From an uncultured Chloroflexia bacterium (lineage in GTDB: Bacteria; Chloroflexota; Ktedonobacteria; Ktedonobacterales; JADMIN01): a stretch of DNA of 32,000 nt. Both the position numbers and the translations under genes were made by a program. Shown here piece after piece: positions 25,079-32,000 of the stretch (its first letter is position 1; each line of letters begins with the position of its first letter). The stretch lies in the NCBI GenBank assembly GCA_963718915.1, contig CAVRAI010000004.1, positions 30,001-62,000 of the forward strand. The letters are read 5' to 3'. A model generated the notes under the pieces. It was not told the DNA's origin. It searched no databases and saw nothing but the letters and a program-made list of their open reading frames with translations.

Positions 25079-26076
25079 GCGGCGCGCTCCGGCCAGCGCA
25101 GGCGCGGCAACACACTCCGCCCGAACGCCTCGATGAACGCCTGCTGGTTGAGTCCCACGTTGTGGATATAGACCTGGTCGAACCCCAGGTCTATGTAGTG
25201 TTGCAGGTGCGCCGTATGGGCATCCAGATCGGGCGACATGAAGACGCGCCCCTCGAAGTTCTCTGGCCGGACAATCTGCGCCATCGCGGCGAAGTCTTCG
25301 GGATTGCGGATATCGGCCTTGGGAAACGCCATGCCGCCGTTTGGCCACTCGCGCACTGCCTGCTCAACGGCGGCCTCGCGGCTCTCGGCCCACGAGAGGT
25401 GCAGCTGGATGATGCGGGGCATCGTCGCCGGGTCTTTGCCTGCCTCGCGGGCGCCTTTCTCGAACCGCGCCAGCAGCGTGCGAATCTTCTCGTCGGACGC
25501 GCCGACGGTGATATAGCCATCGGCGATGCGCCCCGTGCGCTCGCTGTTGATTGGGCCGGAGGAGGCAATGTAGATGGGCGGCGGTGTCGCCGGGAGAGTG
25601 TAGAGTTTCGCACTTTCCAGCCGGAAGTGCGTCCCCTGATACTTGGTGACTTTGCCTGTCATCAGCCTGCGGATGATCTCGACGCCTTCCTCCAGCCGCT
25701 GCAGCCGGATGGGCGCCTCGGGCCAGTAGTCGCCGGTGATATGCTCGTTGAGCGCCTCGCCCGCGCCCACGCCAAGATAGAAGCGCCCAGGATACATCGC
25801 TTCGAGTGTTGCGGCGGCCTGCGCTAGAATCGCCGGGTGGTACCGTGGCCCCGGCGCGGTGACTCCGGTGCCAAAGGCGACACGACTGGTCTGCGCGCCC
25901 AGCGCGCCCAGCCATGCCCAGACAAAGGCCGCCTGCCCCTGCTGCGGCGTCCAGGGATGGAAGTGATCCGAGGCCATGATGCCGCCGAAGCCAGCATCCT
26001 CGGCCTGGCGCGACCAGCGTAGCAGATCGGTCGGCGTAAACTGCTCGAACATCGCCGCATACCCAAGCACACCCAT
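25075..26076 (-). CDS. fgd: F420-dependent glucose-6-phosphate dehydrogenase family (LLM-class oxidoreductase)
   Basis: LGYAAMFEQF...ASDHFHPW...GTGVTAPGPRYHPAILAQAAATLEAMYPGRFYLGVGAGEALNE...IYIASSGP fits my recollection of mycobacterial FGD (from memory, not aligned). ATG at 26076 lies 8 nt after GGAGG. Confidence 0.8.
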   Translation of the reverse strand: MGVLGYAAMFEQFTPTDLLRWSRQAEDAGFGGIMASDHFHPWTPQQGQAAFVWAWLGALGAQTSRVAFGTGVTAPGPRYHPAILAQAAATLEAMYPGRFYLGVGAGEALNEHITGDYWPEAPIRLQRLEEGVEIIRRLMTGKVTKYQGTHFRLESAKLYTLPATPPPIYIASSGPINSERTGRIADGYITVGASDEKIRTLLARFEKGAREAGKDPATMPRIIQLHLSWAESREAAVEQAVREWPNGGMAFPKADIRNPEDFAAMAQIVRPENFEGRVFMSPDLDAHTAHLQHYIDLGFDQVYIHNVGLNQQAFIEAFGRSVLPRLRWPERAA

Positions 26077-26101
26077 GAGCGTAACCTCCAACGAGTAGAG
26101 T

Positions 26102-28549
26102 CTATTTCTTGTGTTGCTGGCGGGCCAGAATCGCCCGCAATTCTCTTACCTGCGGCAGGTCGGGCTGCAGGCGGTCGATCAGGTCCAGCTCGCGATTCGC
26201 GTCACGGGCGCGTCCCACCGCGACAAGGCCCGTGGCAAGCCCCAGACGGAACGTCACCGCCAGCGGCTCGATCCGCACGGCCGCCTCGAGGTGTGGCAGC
26301 GCCGCATCGTCGTCTTTGCGGCTCAGCAGCAGCGAGCCGAGCGCGTAATGGGCGGTCGCATCCTCGGCGCCGCGCTGAATGGACTCCTCATAGGAAAGAC
26401 GGGCGTCTTCTGGCTGCCCCAGCATCTCGTAGATGGCGCCCATGCGAGTGAAAATCCCTGGCAGCGCGCCGTCCAGCCTCGCCGCCTCGCGCAACTCTGC
26501 CAGTGACTCCCGGACGACCGGAGACGGATTCCCCGCGAAGGCTTTCTCAGGCTCGTCGGCGTGCTCATCCGAGACACGCGCCATCAGCACCGAGGCGAGG
26601 TCGGCATGCGTAGATGCGCGCGTGGCGTCGAGTGTCAGCGCCTCACGCAGGTATTTCTCGGCCTCGTCTGATCGTCCGCGCTGCGCCAGCAGCTCGGCCA
26701 GCCCCTGCAAATGCTCGGCGGTGCGCTCCTGTTCGGCCACAGTGGTCAGGGTGGCGATGGCGCGATCCAGCCAGTTGGCGGCGGCCTCTTGCTCGCCCTG
26801 GTTTGAGTACTGGTCGGCGGTCAGATACTGCTCGACGCCCAGCTCAAAGCGCGTGCGCACCTGATTGGGGAAGCGTCCGAGCATCCGTTCCAGCAGCGCG
26901 GCGGCGCGCTCGTGGTTGTTCATTGTGCGCGCGTCGTCAATCGCGCTCCGATACGCCGACTCGTCCAGCGGCAGCTTGACGATGAGCGCGTCATCATAGT
27001 GCATCACTGTCGCCAGCGCACCAGTGACGGCGCGTACTACCTCCATAGTGCGTGGGTCACGGGGATTTTCGGGCACAGTCTGCGCCGTCTGCTCGGCGTT
27101 CTCCCTGGTCTCCTTGATGCGTTTCTGCAGCTCATCCACCGTGAGCGCCTGGCTTGCCGCGCCCTCATCGCGCATTTTGCCGAGCACCCAGAGACCAGTC
27201 GCCGTATCGCGGCTGACGGAGTAAGCGGTCCAGTACCAGTGGCGGCCTGTCTCCTGACTTGTGAGCGTCGCCAGCGGCATCTCGTCGAGTTGGCCCGCCA
27301 GCGCTGTTTCGTGCAGCACGACCGACCAGAATGCCTCATACTCTTTGGCGGCGCTGCCCGCCAGACGACCGGCGGAGCCTGGCACCCAGAGGGCGCTGGC
27401 GCGTTGCGGCTGCTCGCGGATGAGGGTCAGGCGGAGCGCGCCGGGGTCAGCCTCGCCAGCCCACTGGCGTCGGAGTGCGACGTATTCCTCGCGCGTCGAA
27501 CCTCTGCGGAGCGGATTGTCGTTGCTCAGCAGGTCCCACGTCAGCCCATAGTCGCCGAAGCACCACGCGCCCAGCCAGTTGGCGAGCGTCTCCTCAGGCT
27601 CCATGTCTGTCCGAATAAAGGGGCGGTCGCCTTCACGCTCGAAACGCGCCTCCTCTTCTGCGATGGCGGCGCGTGTATCGTCGTCGTTATCATCTGGCTC
27701 GGCCAGCAGGCGCTCTTCGATCAGCGCGCGATGGGACTGGAATTCTTCATCTGGCTCGATGTCACGCCAGGCATTGGCTTCCAGCGCCTCCCGAAGCAAT
27801 CGCCGCGCCCCTGCCCAGGTGAGCCTGACCGTAGGCACATGCTGACCATCCATCTGGAGCGATTCGGCGATCTCGCGCTGAAAGCGTTTGCGGCTCATCG
27901 GCTCGGAGACACTGTAGCCGCTCACGCCGCTGCGCCAGAAGTCGAGCGCGAGCGAATAGCCGCGTACATTGTCGGGGTCGAGGCCTTCCTGCCAGCCCAG
28001 CACCAGCGCAACTTCGCCGCTCTCACGGGAGCGGGTCGCCAACGCTTCGACCAGTTGTTTGCGCCAGCGTGTCAGCCGCGAGATGGCTGTGATGGGAGTG
28101 GGTGTCAGGCCGAAGCCATCGGTGGCGATGATTGATGGTGGCCCGGAAGGAATCGTCAGCGAAGAAGGGAAGCCAGCAGAGCGCATTCGCAGGCGCGAGC
28201 GCCGTGCCTCACGCGCCACCTCGCGGCGAATATCAAGCTCGCCGAGCGCCTGAGCAACGTCGGCGGCGTCGCGCCCAACCGCGCCACGTAGCGCGCCCAA
28301 CTGCGCCGCGTACGCCAGCATCACTGGCTCATCCTGCTGATCGAGAGGCGCCAGCGTGGCGATCAGCGCATCACGTCCGCCACTCTGCGCGGCGCGTAGC
28401 TCTTCAGCCAGCGCTGTCGTGCGCGCGGTGAGGTCGCTCAGGGCTTCTAGCTGCTCGTCGGTGAGCGGCGGTAGTTCGACGCGCTCTTTTGCGCCTCCCG
28501 ACTGCTTTCGTGCTCGCTGCTGCGGAGTCCGCCGGTCTGACCGCCCCAT
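26102..28549 (-). CDS. Large (815 aa) protein with an unassigned N-terminal ~500 aa and C-terminal TPR repeats
   Basis: Intact 2.4-kb ORF. The C-terminal third shows repeated TPR-like A/L/G/Y periodicity (AEKYLREALTLD, GAIYEMLGQPEDARLSYEESI, AHYALGSLLLSRKDDDAALPHLEAAVRIEP). The stop lies 25 nt before fgd. Confidence 0.7.
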   Translation of the reverse strand: MGRSDRRTPQQRARKQSGGAKERVELPPLTDEQLEALSDLTARTTALAEELRAAQSGGRDALIATLAPLDQQDEPVMLAYAAQLGALRGAVGRDAADVAQALGELDIRREVAREARRSRLRMRSAGFPSSLTIPSGPPSIIATDGFGLTPTPITAISRLTRWRKQLVEALATRSRESGEVALVLGWQEGLDPDNVRGYSLALDFWRSGVSGYSVSEPMSRKRFQREIAESLQMDGQHVPTVRLTWAGARRLLREALEANAWRDIEPDEEFQSHRALIEERLLAEPDDNDDDTRAAIAEEEARFEREGDRPFIRTDMEPEETLANWLGAWCFGDYGLTWDLLSNDNPLRRGSTREEYVALRRQWAGEADPGALRLTLIREQPQRASALWVPGSAGRLAGSAAKEYEAFWSVVLHETALAGQLDEMPLATLTSQETGRHWYWTAYSVSRDTATGLWVLGKMRDEGAASQALTVDELQKRIKETRENAEQTAQTVPENPRDPRTMEVVRAVTGALATVMHYDDALIVKLPLDESAYRSAIDDARTMNNHERAAALLERMLGRFPNQVRTRFELGVEQYLTADQYSNQGEQEAAANWLDRAIATLTTVAEQERTAEHLQGLAELLAQRGRSDEAEKYLREALTLDATRASTHADLASVLMARVSDEHADEPEKAFAGNPSPVVRESLAELREAARLDGALPGIFTRMGAIYEMLGQPEDARLSYEESIQRGAEDATAHYALGSLLLSRKDDDAALPHLEAAVRIEPLAVTFRLGLATGLVAVGRARDANRELDLIDRLQPDLPQVRELRAILARQQHKK

Positions 28550-28626
28550 GACGCCTGCTCCTCTCTCCCACCATTCGAACTAACAAAATGGATTGTAGCA
28601 CGGCGGCAGGATGGAATGCGGGGCGC

Positions 28627-29238
28627 TCAGGGCAGCGTTACATCGTCCGCCATGCTGGCGGCCTGCGCTTTGGGCACTGCGGCTGTCGTCGTTCGGGCGA
28701 CAAACGTTGCATAGATTATCTGTGCGATCAGCGTCAGCATCGCGAGCGCGTTGACGACGATGGTATAGAGCGGACTGCTGAAAATTTCGAGCGTTCGCCT
28801 GCCATCTGTGATGAAGAGGCCAATCCCTCTAAAATCCAGTGCGAATTGAACCGCTATCGCGCTCACGACCGCCGTAAGCAGGATGATCGTGAACCAGGAC
28901 CATTGGCGCGCCCGCCCCGCAAGGACAAGGGCAAGGAAGGCGCTGACAATCCCGAACCTGACGCTGTAGACAGCCGTGAGCACCGAATATTGCAGCAAGT
29001 GGGTAATGGTCTCCGTTGTACTGGCGTCAGGCAGCCCCAAACGCACGTTGAACATCGTCACGTTCACGATGTAGAAGACGACAGCGCTGAAGAGATACAG
29101 CGCCAGAGCTATCAATGCGTAGGCGAGGAGTGTCCAACGCCAGCGGACAATCCCCAGGCCAGCGGCCAGACCTATCAGCAGCAGAGTTAATACGGCTGGC
29201 AGCAGAGTCAGTAGCAAATACTCCTGGTTTTGGTCCAT
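28627..29238 (-). CDS. Polytopic membrane protein, tandem paralog A
   Basis: MDQNQEYLLLTLLP... with LGIVRWRWT and LVLAGRARQWSWFTIILLTAVVSAIAVQFA aligns to paralog B. ATG at 29238 follows AAGGAGA. Confidence 0.65.
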   Translation of the reverse strand: MDQNQEYLLLTLLPAVLTLLLIGLAAGLGIVRWRWTLLAYALIALALYLFSAVVFYIVNVTMFNVRLGLPDASTTETITHLLQYSVLTAVYSVRFGIVSAFLALVLAGRARQWSWFTIILLTAVVSAIAVQFALDFRGIGLFITDGRRTLEIFSSPLYTIVVNALAMLTLIAQIIYATFVARTTTAAVPKAQAASMADDVTLP

Positions 29239-29351
29239 CTGGCCTGTCTCCTTGTCAGTTCCATCGCACTCCTCCTGGCGCGCCCCAATAGGTCGCCATT
29301 GTCGTGCGGTTGCCATTATGAGGATAACAGAGGCATGCAAGGAGCGGCGCG

Positions 29352-29903
29352 CTACCCGGCGTCAGGCACGACTGCCGTTGCTCGTGGGCCAACGAGCGCG
29401 TAGAGCAACTGTGCGACCATCGCGAGGCCAGCAAGTATGGTCGTGATGATGGCATAGAGCAGCGCGGTGAACAGCTCTTGCGCCCGTTCGATGTCGAGGA
29501 AGGCATAGAGAGGGAAGTAGCTAAACGCAAACTGGGCTGCCAGCATGCTGACGACAGCCGCGATCAGGAGCGCAGTGAACCACCCCCAATGACGCGAGCG
29601 CGCTGAGAGAACGAGCGTGAGGAATATTCCCACCTCACCGATGACGAAGGCGCAATCTATCACCGAACCCGCAATCGTTGGCAGGTATGTGAAAGCAAAT
29701 TGAGATTGGAAACCAGCCGAGTTCAAAAAGGGGATTCGCAAAGCGAGAACGCCGACGATCATGAGCAGCAAGGCAATAATCGCCAGCGCCAGGGCTGTGC
29801 GCCGCCAGCGAGCAATACCCAGGATGGCGACCAGGGCAATCAATAACGGGAGCAGAACGCTGGGGACGACAATGAGCAACACATAGGTCGGCAGTTGACT
29901 CAT
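29352..29903 (-). CDS. Polytopic membrane protein, tandem paralog B
   Basis: MSQLPTYVLLIVVP... with LGIARWRRT and LVLSARSRHWGWFTALLIAAVVSMLAAQFA. RBS GAGGAG. Confidence 0.65.
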   Translation of the reverse strand: MSQLPTYVLLIVVPSVLLPLLIALVAILGIARWRRTALALAIIALLLMIVGVLALRIPFLNSAGFQSQFAFTYLPTIAGSVIDCAFVIGEVGIFLTLVLSARSRHWGWFTALLIAAVVSMLAAQFAFSYFPLYAFLDIERAQELFTALLYAIITTILAGLAMVAQLLYALVGPRATAVVPDAG

Positions 29904-30110
29904 CGGACGCGACTCCTCGCTCTGAACTGTCTATTTCACGTTGGCGCGCCATGAGGGTCACATGAGAGCCTGGCTGCCACAGTGAGGATAACAGACGCGT
30001 GGAAGCACGTGTGTGCAGGCAGAGGCGAGGAAAAGTAAATGCCGCCGTCCGCCAGGATTTCACTGGACGGTAGGGGCGGCTCTATTTCTCGCTCGTGAAC
30101 CGTAATATGC

Positions 30111-31151
30111 TCAGGCGGCGGTTCGTAATCGTAGCGGCGCGCCGATAGCATGCAGATACGAGAGGATCTCGCGATAGGATCGCAGCATGCCCGTCTCGTG
30201 ATAGCTAATCGCGTGCTGCTGGCAATAGGTGCGAATGATGCGTTGCGCTTCGGCCAGACTTGAACGTGGCATCGTGGGGAAGAGATGGTGTTCGATCTGG
30301 TAATTCAGGCCGCCGTACCACGTATCGAGAATAGGATGCGCGTGGACGTTGCGTGAGGTGAGCACCTGGCGGCGGAGAAAGTCCATCTCGCTTCCGTGTT
30401 CGACGATCAACATCCCCTTGTGGTTGGGCGCGAAGACCGACCCCAGATAGAGACCCGTCGCCGCTTTGTGGATGACCAGAAACGCCAGCGCCTGCCACGG
30501 CGGCAACGCAATCAGCAGCAGTCCAAAGTAGCCAACATAATGCACCAGCAAGAGGGCGACCTCGGTTTTGGGATAGCGTGCCTTCCCCTGAAGCAGGAAG
30601 CGAATGCTGTTCGCCTGAAGATCGAACGCGACCAGCGCCAGCAACGGGAAGAAGAAGAGCGCCTGATGCGCGGCGATAAACCGGGGCAGCCCGCGTTTTT
30701 CGGCGGCCTCCTCAGCGGTGAAGGTCAACATGGGGATGTCGATGTCGGGGTCGCTGTCGATCTCGTTAGGCCGGGCATGGTGGCGATTGTGTTTATCCAT
30801 CCACCACGAGAAACTCATGCCAATGATCAGGTTGCCATGCAGGAAACCGATGAGATCATTCAGGCGTGTCGAGTTGGATGACTGGCGGTGGCCCGCGTCA
30901 TGGCCATTGAAGCCAATCTGGGAACTTACGAACGCCAGCAGCAGCGCGTTGAGACACTGCACCCAGAAGATATGCACCGTCAGCAGCAGCGCAACACTGA
31001 GCACGAGCAGCGCGTCAATGATGAGGAGCCGCACCAGCGCGCGCAGAGGACGTCGGTTGAGTAGCCCACGATCTTTTATCAGACGTTTGAGTTCGCCATA
31101 GGAACCGGTGAGCGGTGGTAATTGCGTTGCAAGGCGTTCGGTTTGGATCAA
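30111..31151 (-). CDS. Membrane fatty-acid desaturase family protein
   Basis: Three His boxes (HDAGHRQ, HNRHHARPN, QIEHHLFP) and TM segments. TTG start, so the start is uncertain. Confidence 0.8.
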   Translation of the reverse strand: MIQTERLATQLPPLTGSYGELKRLIKDRGLLNRRPLRALVRLLIIDALLVLSVALLLTVHIFWVQCLNALLLAFVSSQIGFNGHDAGHRQSSNSTRLNDLIGFLHGNLIIGMSFSWWMDKHNRHHARPNEIDSDPDIDIPMLTFTAEEAAEKRGLPRFIAAHQALFFFPLLALVAFDLQANSIRFLLQGKARYPKTEVALLLVHYVGYFGLLLIALPPWQALAFLVIHKAATGLYLGSVFAPNHKGMLIVEHGSEMDFLRRQVLTSRNVHAHPILDTWYGGLNYQIEHHLFPTMPRSSLAEAQRIIRTYCQQHAISYHETGMLRSYREILSYLHAIGAPLRLRTAA

Positions 31152-31296
31152 GCGAAGTGGCCATCTTTCCTGAGGGCGCTAAGCGAGCGGGAGACCTGGA
31201 GACAAAACATCTTGTTCCGTCGGGATTAGAGTCCATTGAGTATACGAATGTTTCATCGCCTAAGTTTGCGCCCCCCCCGACCGGGCAAGCGAGCGG

Positions 31297-32000
31297 TTAG
31301 ATGCCTTCGGCGGCGACGAAATCGAGGATGGCTCCCAGCGCCGCGCAGGCGTCGTCGGCGGCGGTGTTGGCGCAGGCGCTATCGAGGAGCGCGCGCGCCT
31401 GGTCGCATTGTTCCCGGAGCATCGTTCGCGTGCGTTCGCGCGCGCCGCTACGTTCGAGAATCGCCAGCAACGCGGCGATCTGGGCCTCGCTGACCGGGCC
31501 GCGCTGGCCGTAAATTCTGGCGAGCGCGCGCCGATCCGCTGGCGTCGCGTCTTCCAGGGCGGAGATGACCGGCAGGCTCATCTTCTTCTGGCGCAGGTCG
31601 CCCGCCTCGGTCTTGCCCAGCGCATGCGCCGACCAGATGCCCAGCATGTCGTCACGCAACTGGAAGCCGATACCGAGCGCTCGCCCAAAGGCGCCCAGTT
31701 GCGCGCTGAGTCGCTGGTTCTCTGGCGCGCCGATCAAGCTGCCCATCCTCGCGGCGCAGTCCATCAGCGCCGCCGTCTTGCGTCCAATCATATCGAGGTA
31801 CATCACTACCGTGACATCCTGCCTGCCCTCGAAGCGCATATCGAGGTGCTGTCCCTCGCACAGTTCGATACAGGTGGCGTCGAGTTGGGCGGACAGCTCG
31901 ATGATCGTCTCCGCCGGGACGCCACGCGCGCGCAGGTGGCTCAGTTGCAGGCGCGCCAGCGCGAAGATGCCATCGCCCGTGTTGATTGCCAGCGGAACGC
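31297..32000 (-). CDS. Polyprenyl diphosphate synthase (trans-isoprenyl, GGPP/FPP synthase family). The N-terminus lies outside the window.
   Basis: The frame stays open to the window edge: ..AINTGDGIFALA...CEGQHLDM...YLDMIGRKTAAL...GIGFQLRDDMLG (second DDxxD-type motif)...GKTEAGDLRQKKMSLPV. Confidence 0.8.
   Translation of the reverse strand, partial: VPLAINTGDGIFALARLQLSHLRARGVPAETIIELSAQLDATCIELCEGQHLDMRFEGRQDVTVVMYLDMIGRKTAALMDCAARMGSLIGAPENQRLSAQLGAFGRALGIGFQLRDDMLGIWSAHALGKTEAGDLRQKKMSLPVISALEDATPADRRALARIYGQRGPVSEAQIAALLAILERSGARERTRTMLREQCDQARALLDSACANTAADDACAALGAILDFVAAEGI

Noticed and set aside
24386-25827. Two long plus-strand ORFs (261 and 299 aa) across the B3/4 and fgd genes
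   Set aside because: They are antisense to genes with strong family signatures and proper RBS and ATGA coupling. No motifs and no RBS.
26912-28135. 407-aa plus-strand ORF opposite the TPR-protein gene
   Set aside because: Antisense shadow ORF in a high-GC region. The minus-strand ORF is twice as long, has TPR periodicity and is in operon context.
31271-31278. C8 homopolymer just downstream of the polyprenyl synthase stop
   Set aside because: It is intergenic, with no ORF or promoter hexamer dependent on its length that I could see. Noted only as a possible sequencing-error-prone site.
1-32000. CRISPR arrays, rRNA genes, integrons, retron or DGR-type reverse transcriptases
   Set aside because: No regularly spaced direct repeats, no rRNA-like conserved blocks and no RT motifs were seen in any of the listed ORFs.

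Overview
High-GC (about 60%+ by eye) bacterial chromosomal window with strong GGAGG-type ribosome-binding sites. The gene content (F420 enzymes, BNR propellers, HisKA_3 kinases, IS5/IS630 debris) fits Chloroflexota- or Actinomycetota-like genomes, but taxon cannot be assigned from sequence alone. Order of content: (1) a frameshifted glutaryl-CoA dehydrogenase; (2) an orphan DUF4258 toxin-like gene between two near-identical terminator hairpins; (3) a long minus-strand cluster of BNR propeller, two paralogous membrane proteins, cupredoxin lipoprotein, membrane protein, PDZ-sensor HisKA_3 kinase and LuxR-type regulator; (4) a RecQ-family helicase fused to a ComF/PRTase-like domain, followed by a decayed DprA-like gene, both disrupted; (5) a GAF histidine kinase, a membrane-anchored two-domain multicopper oxidase, a CocE/NonD hydrolase and a second BNR protein; (6) a roughly 2.5 kb low-GC mosaic bounded by a tRNA 3' fragment and an intact tRNA-Leu(CAG), holding a truncated IS5-family element, a 14.6%-cysteine zinc-ribbon-array orphan and a decayed IS630 with an internal microsatellite; (7) a tightly packed operon of TPR protein, F420-dependent G6P dehydrogenase, B3/4-domain protein and a PPOX(Rv0121-type)/FbiB-C-like nitroreductase fusion; (8) tandem paralogous membrane proteins with duplicated upstream motifs, a fatty-acid desaturase and a partial polyprenyl synthase. 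No CRISPR array or rRNA was seen. The most interesting candidates are the RecQ-PRTase plus DprA module, the IS-flanked Cys-rich orphan and the F420 fusion operon. Three conserved genes carry frame disruptions, so assembly error and real gene decay need to be distinguished.
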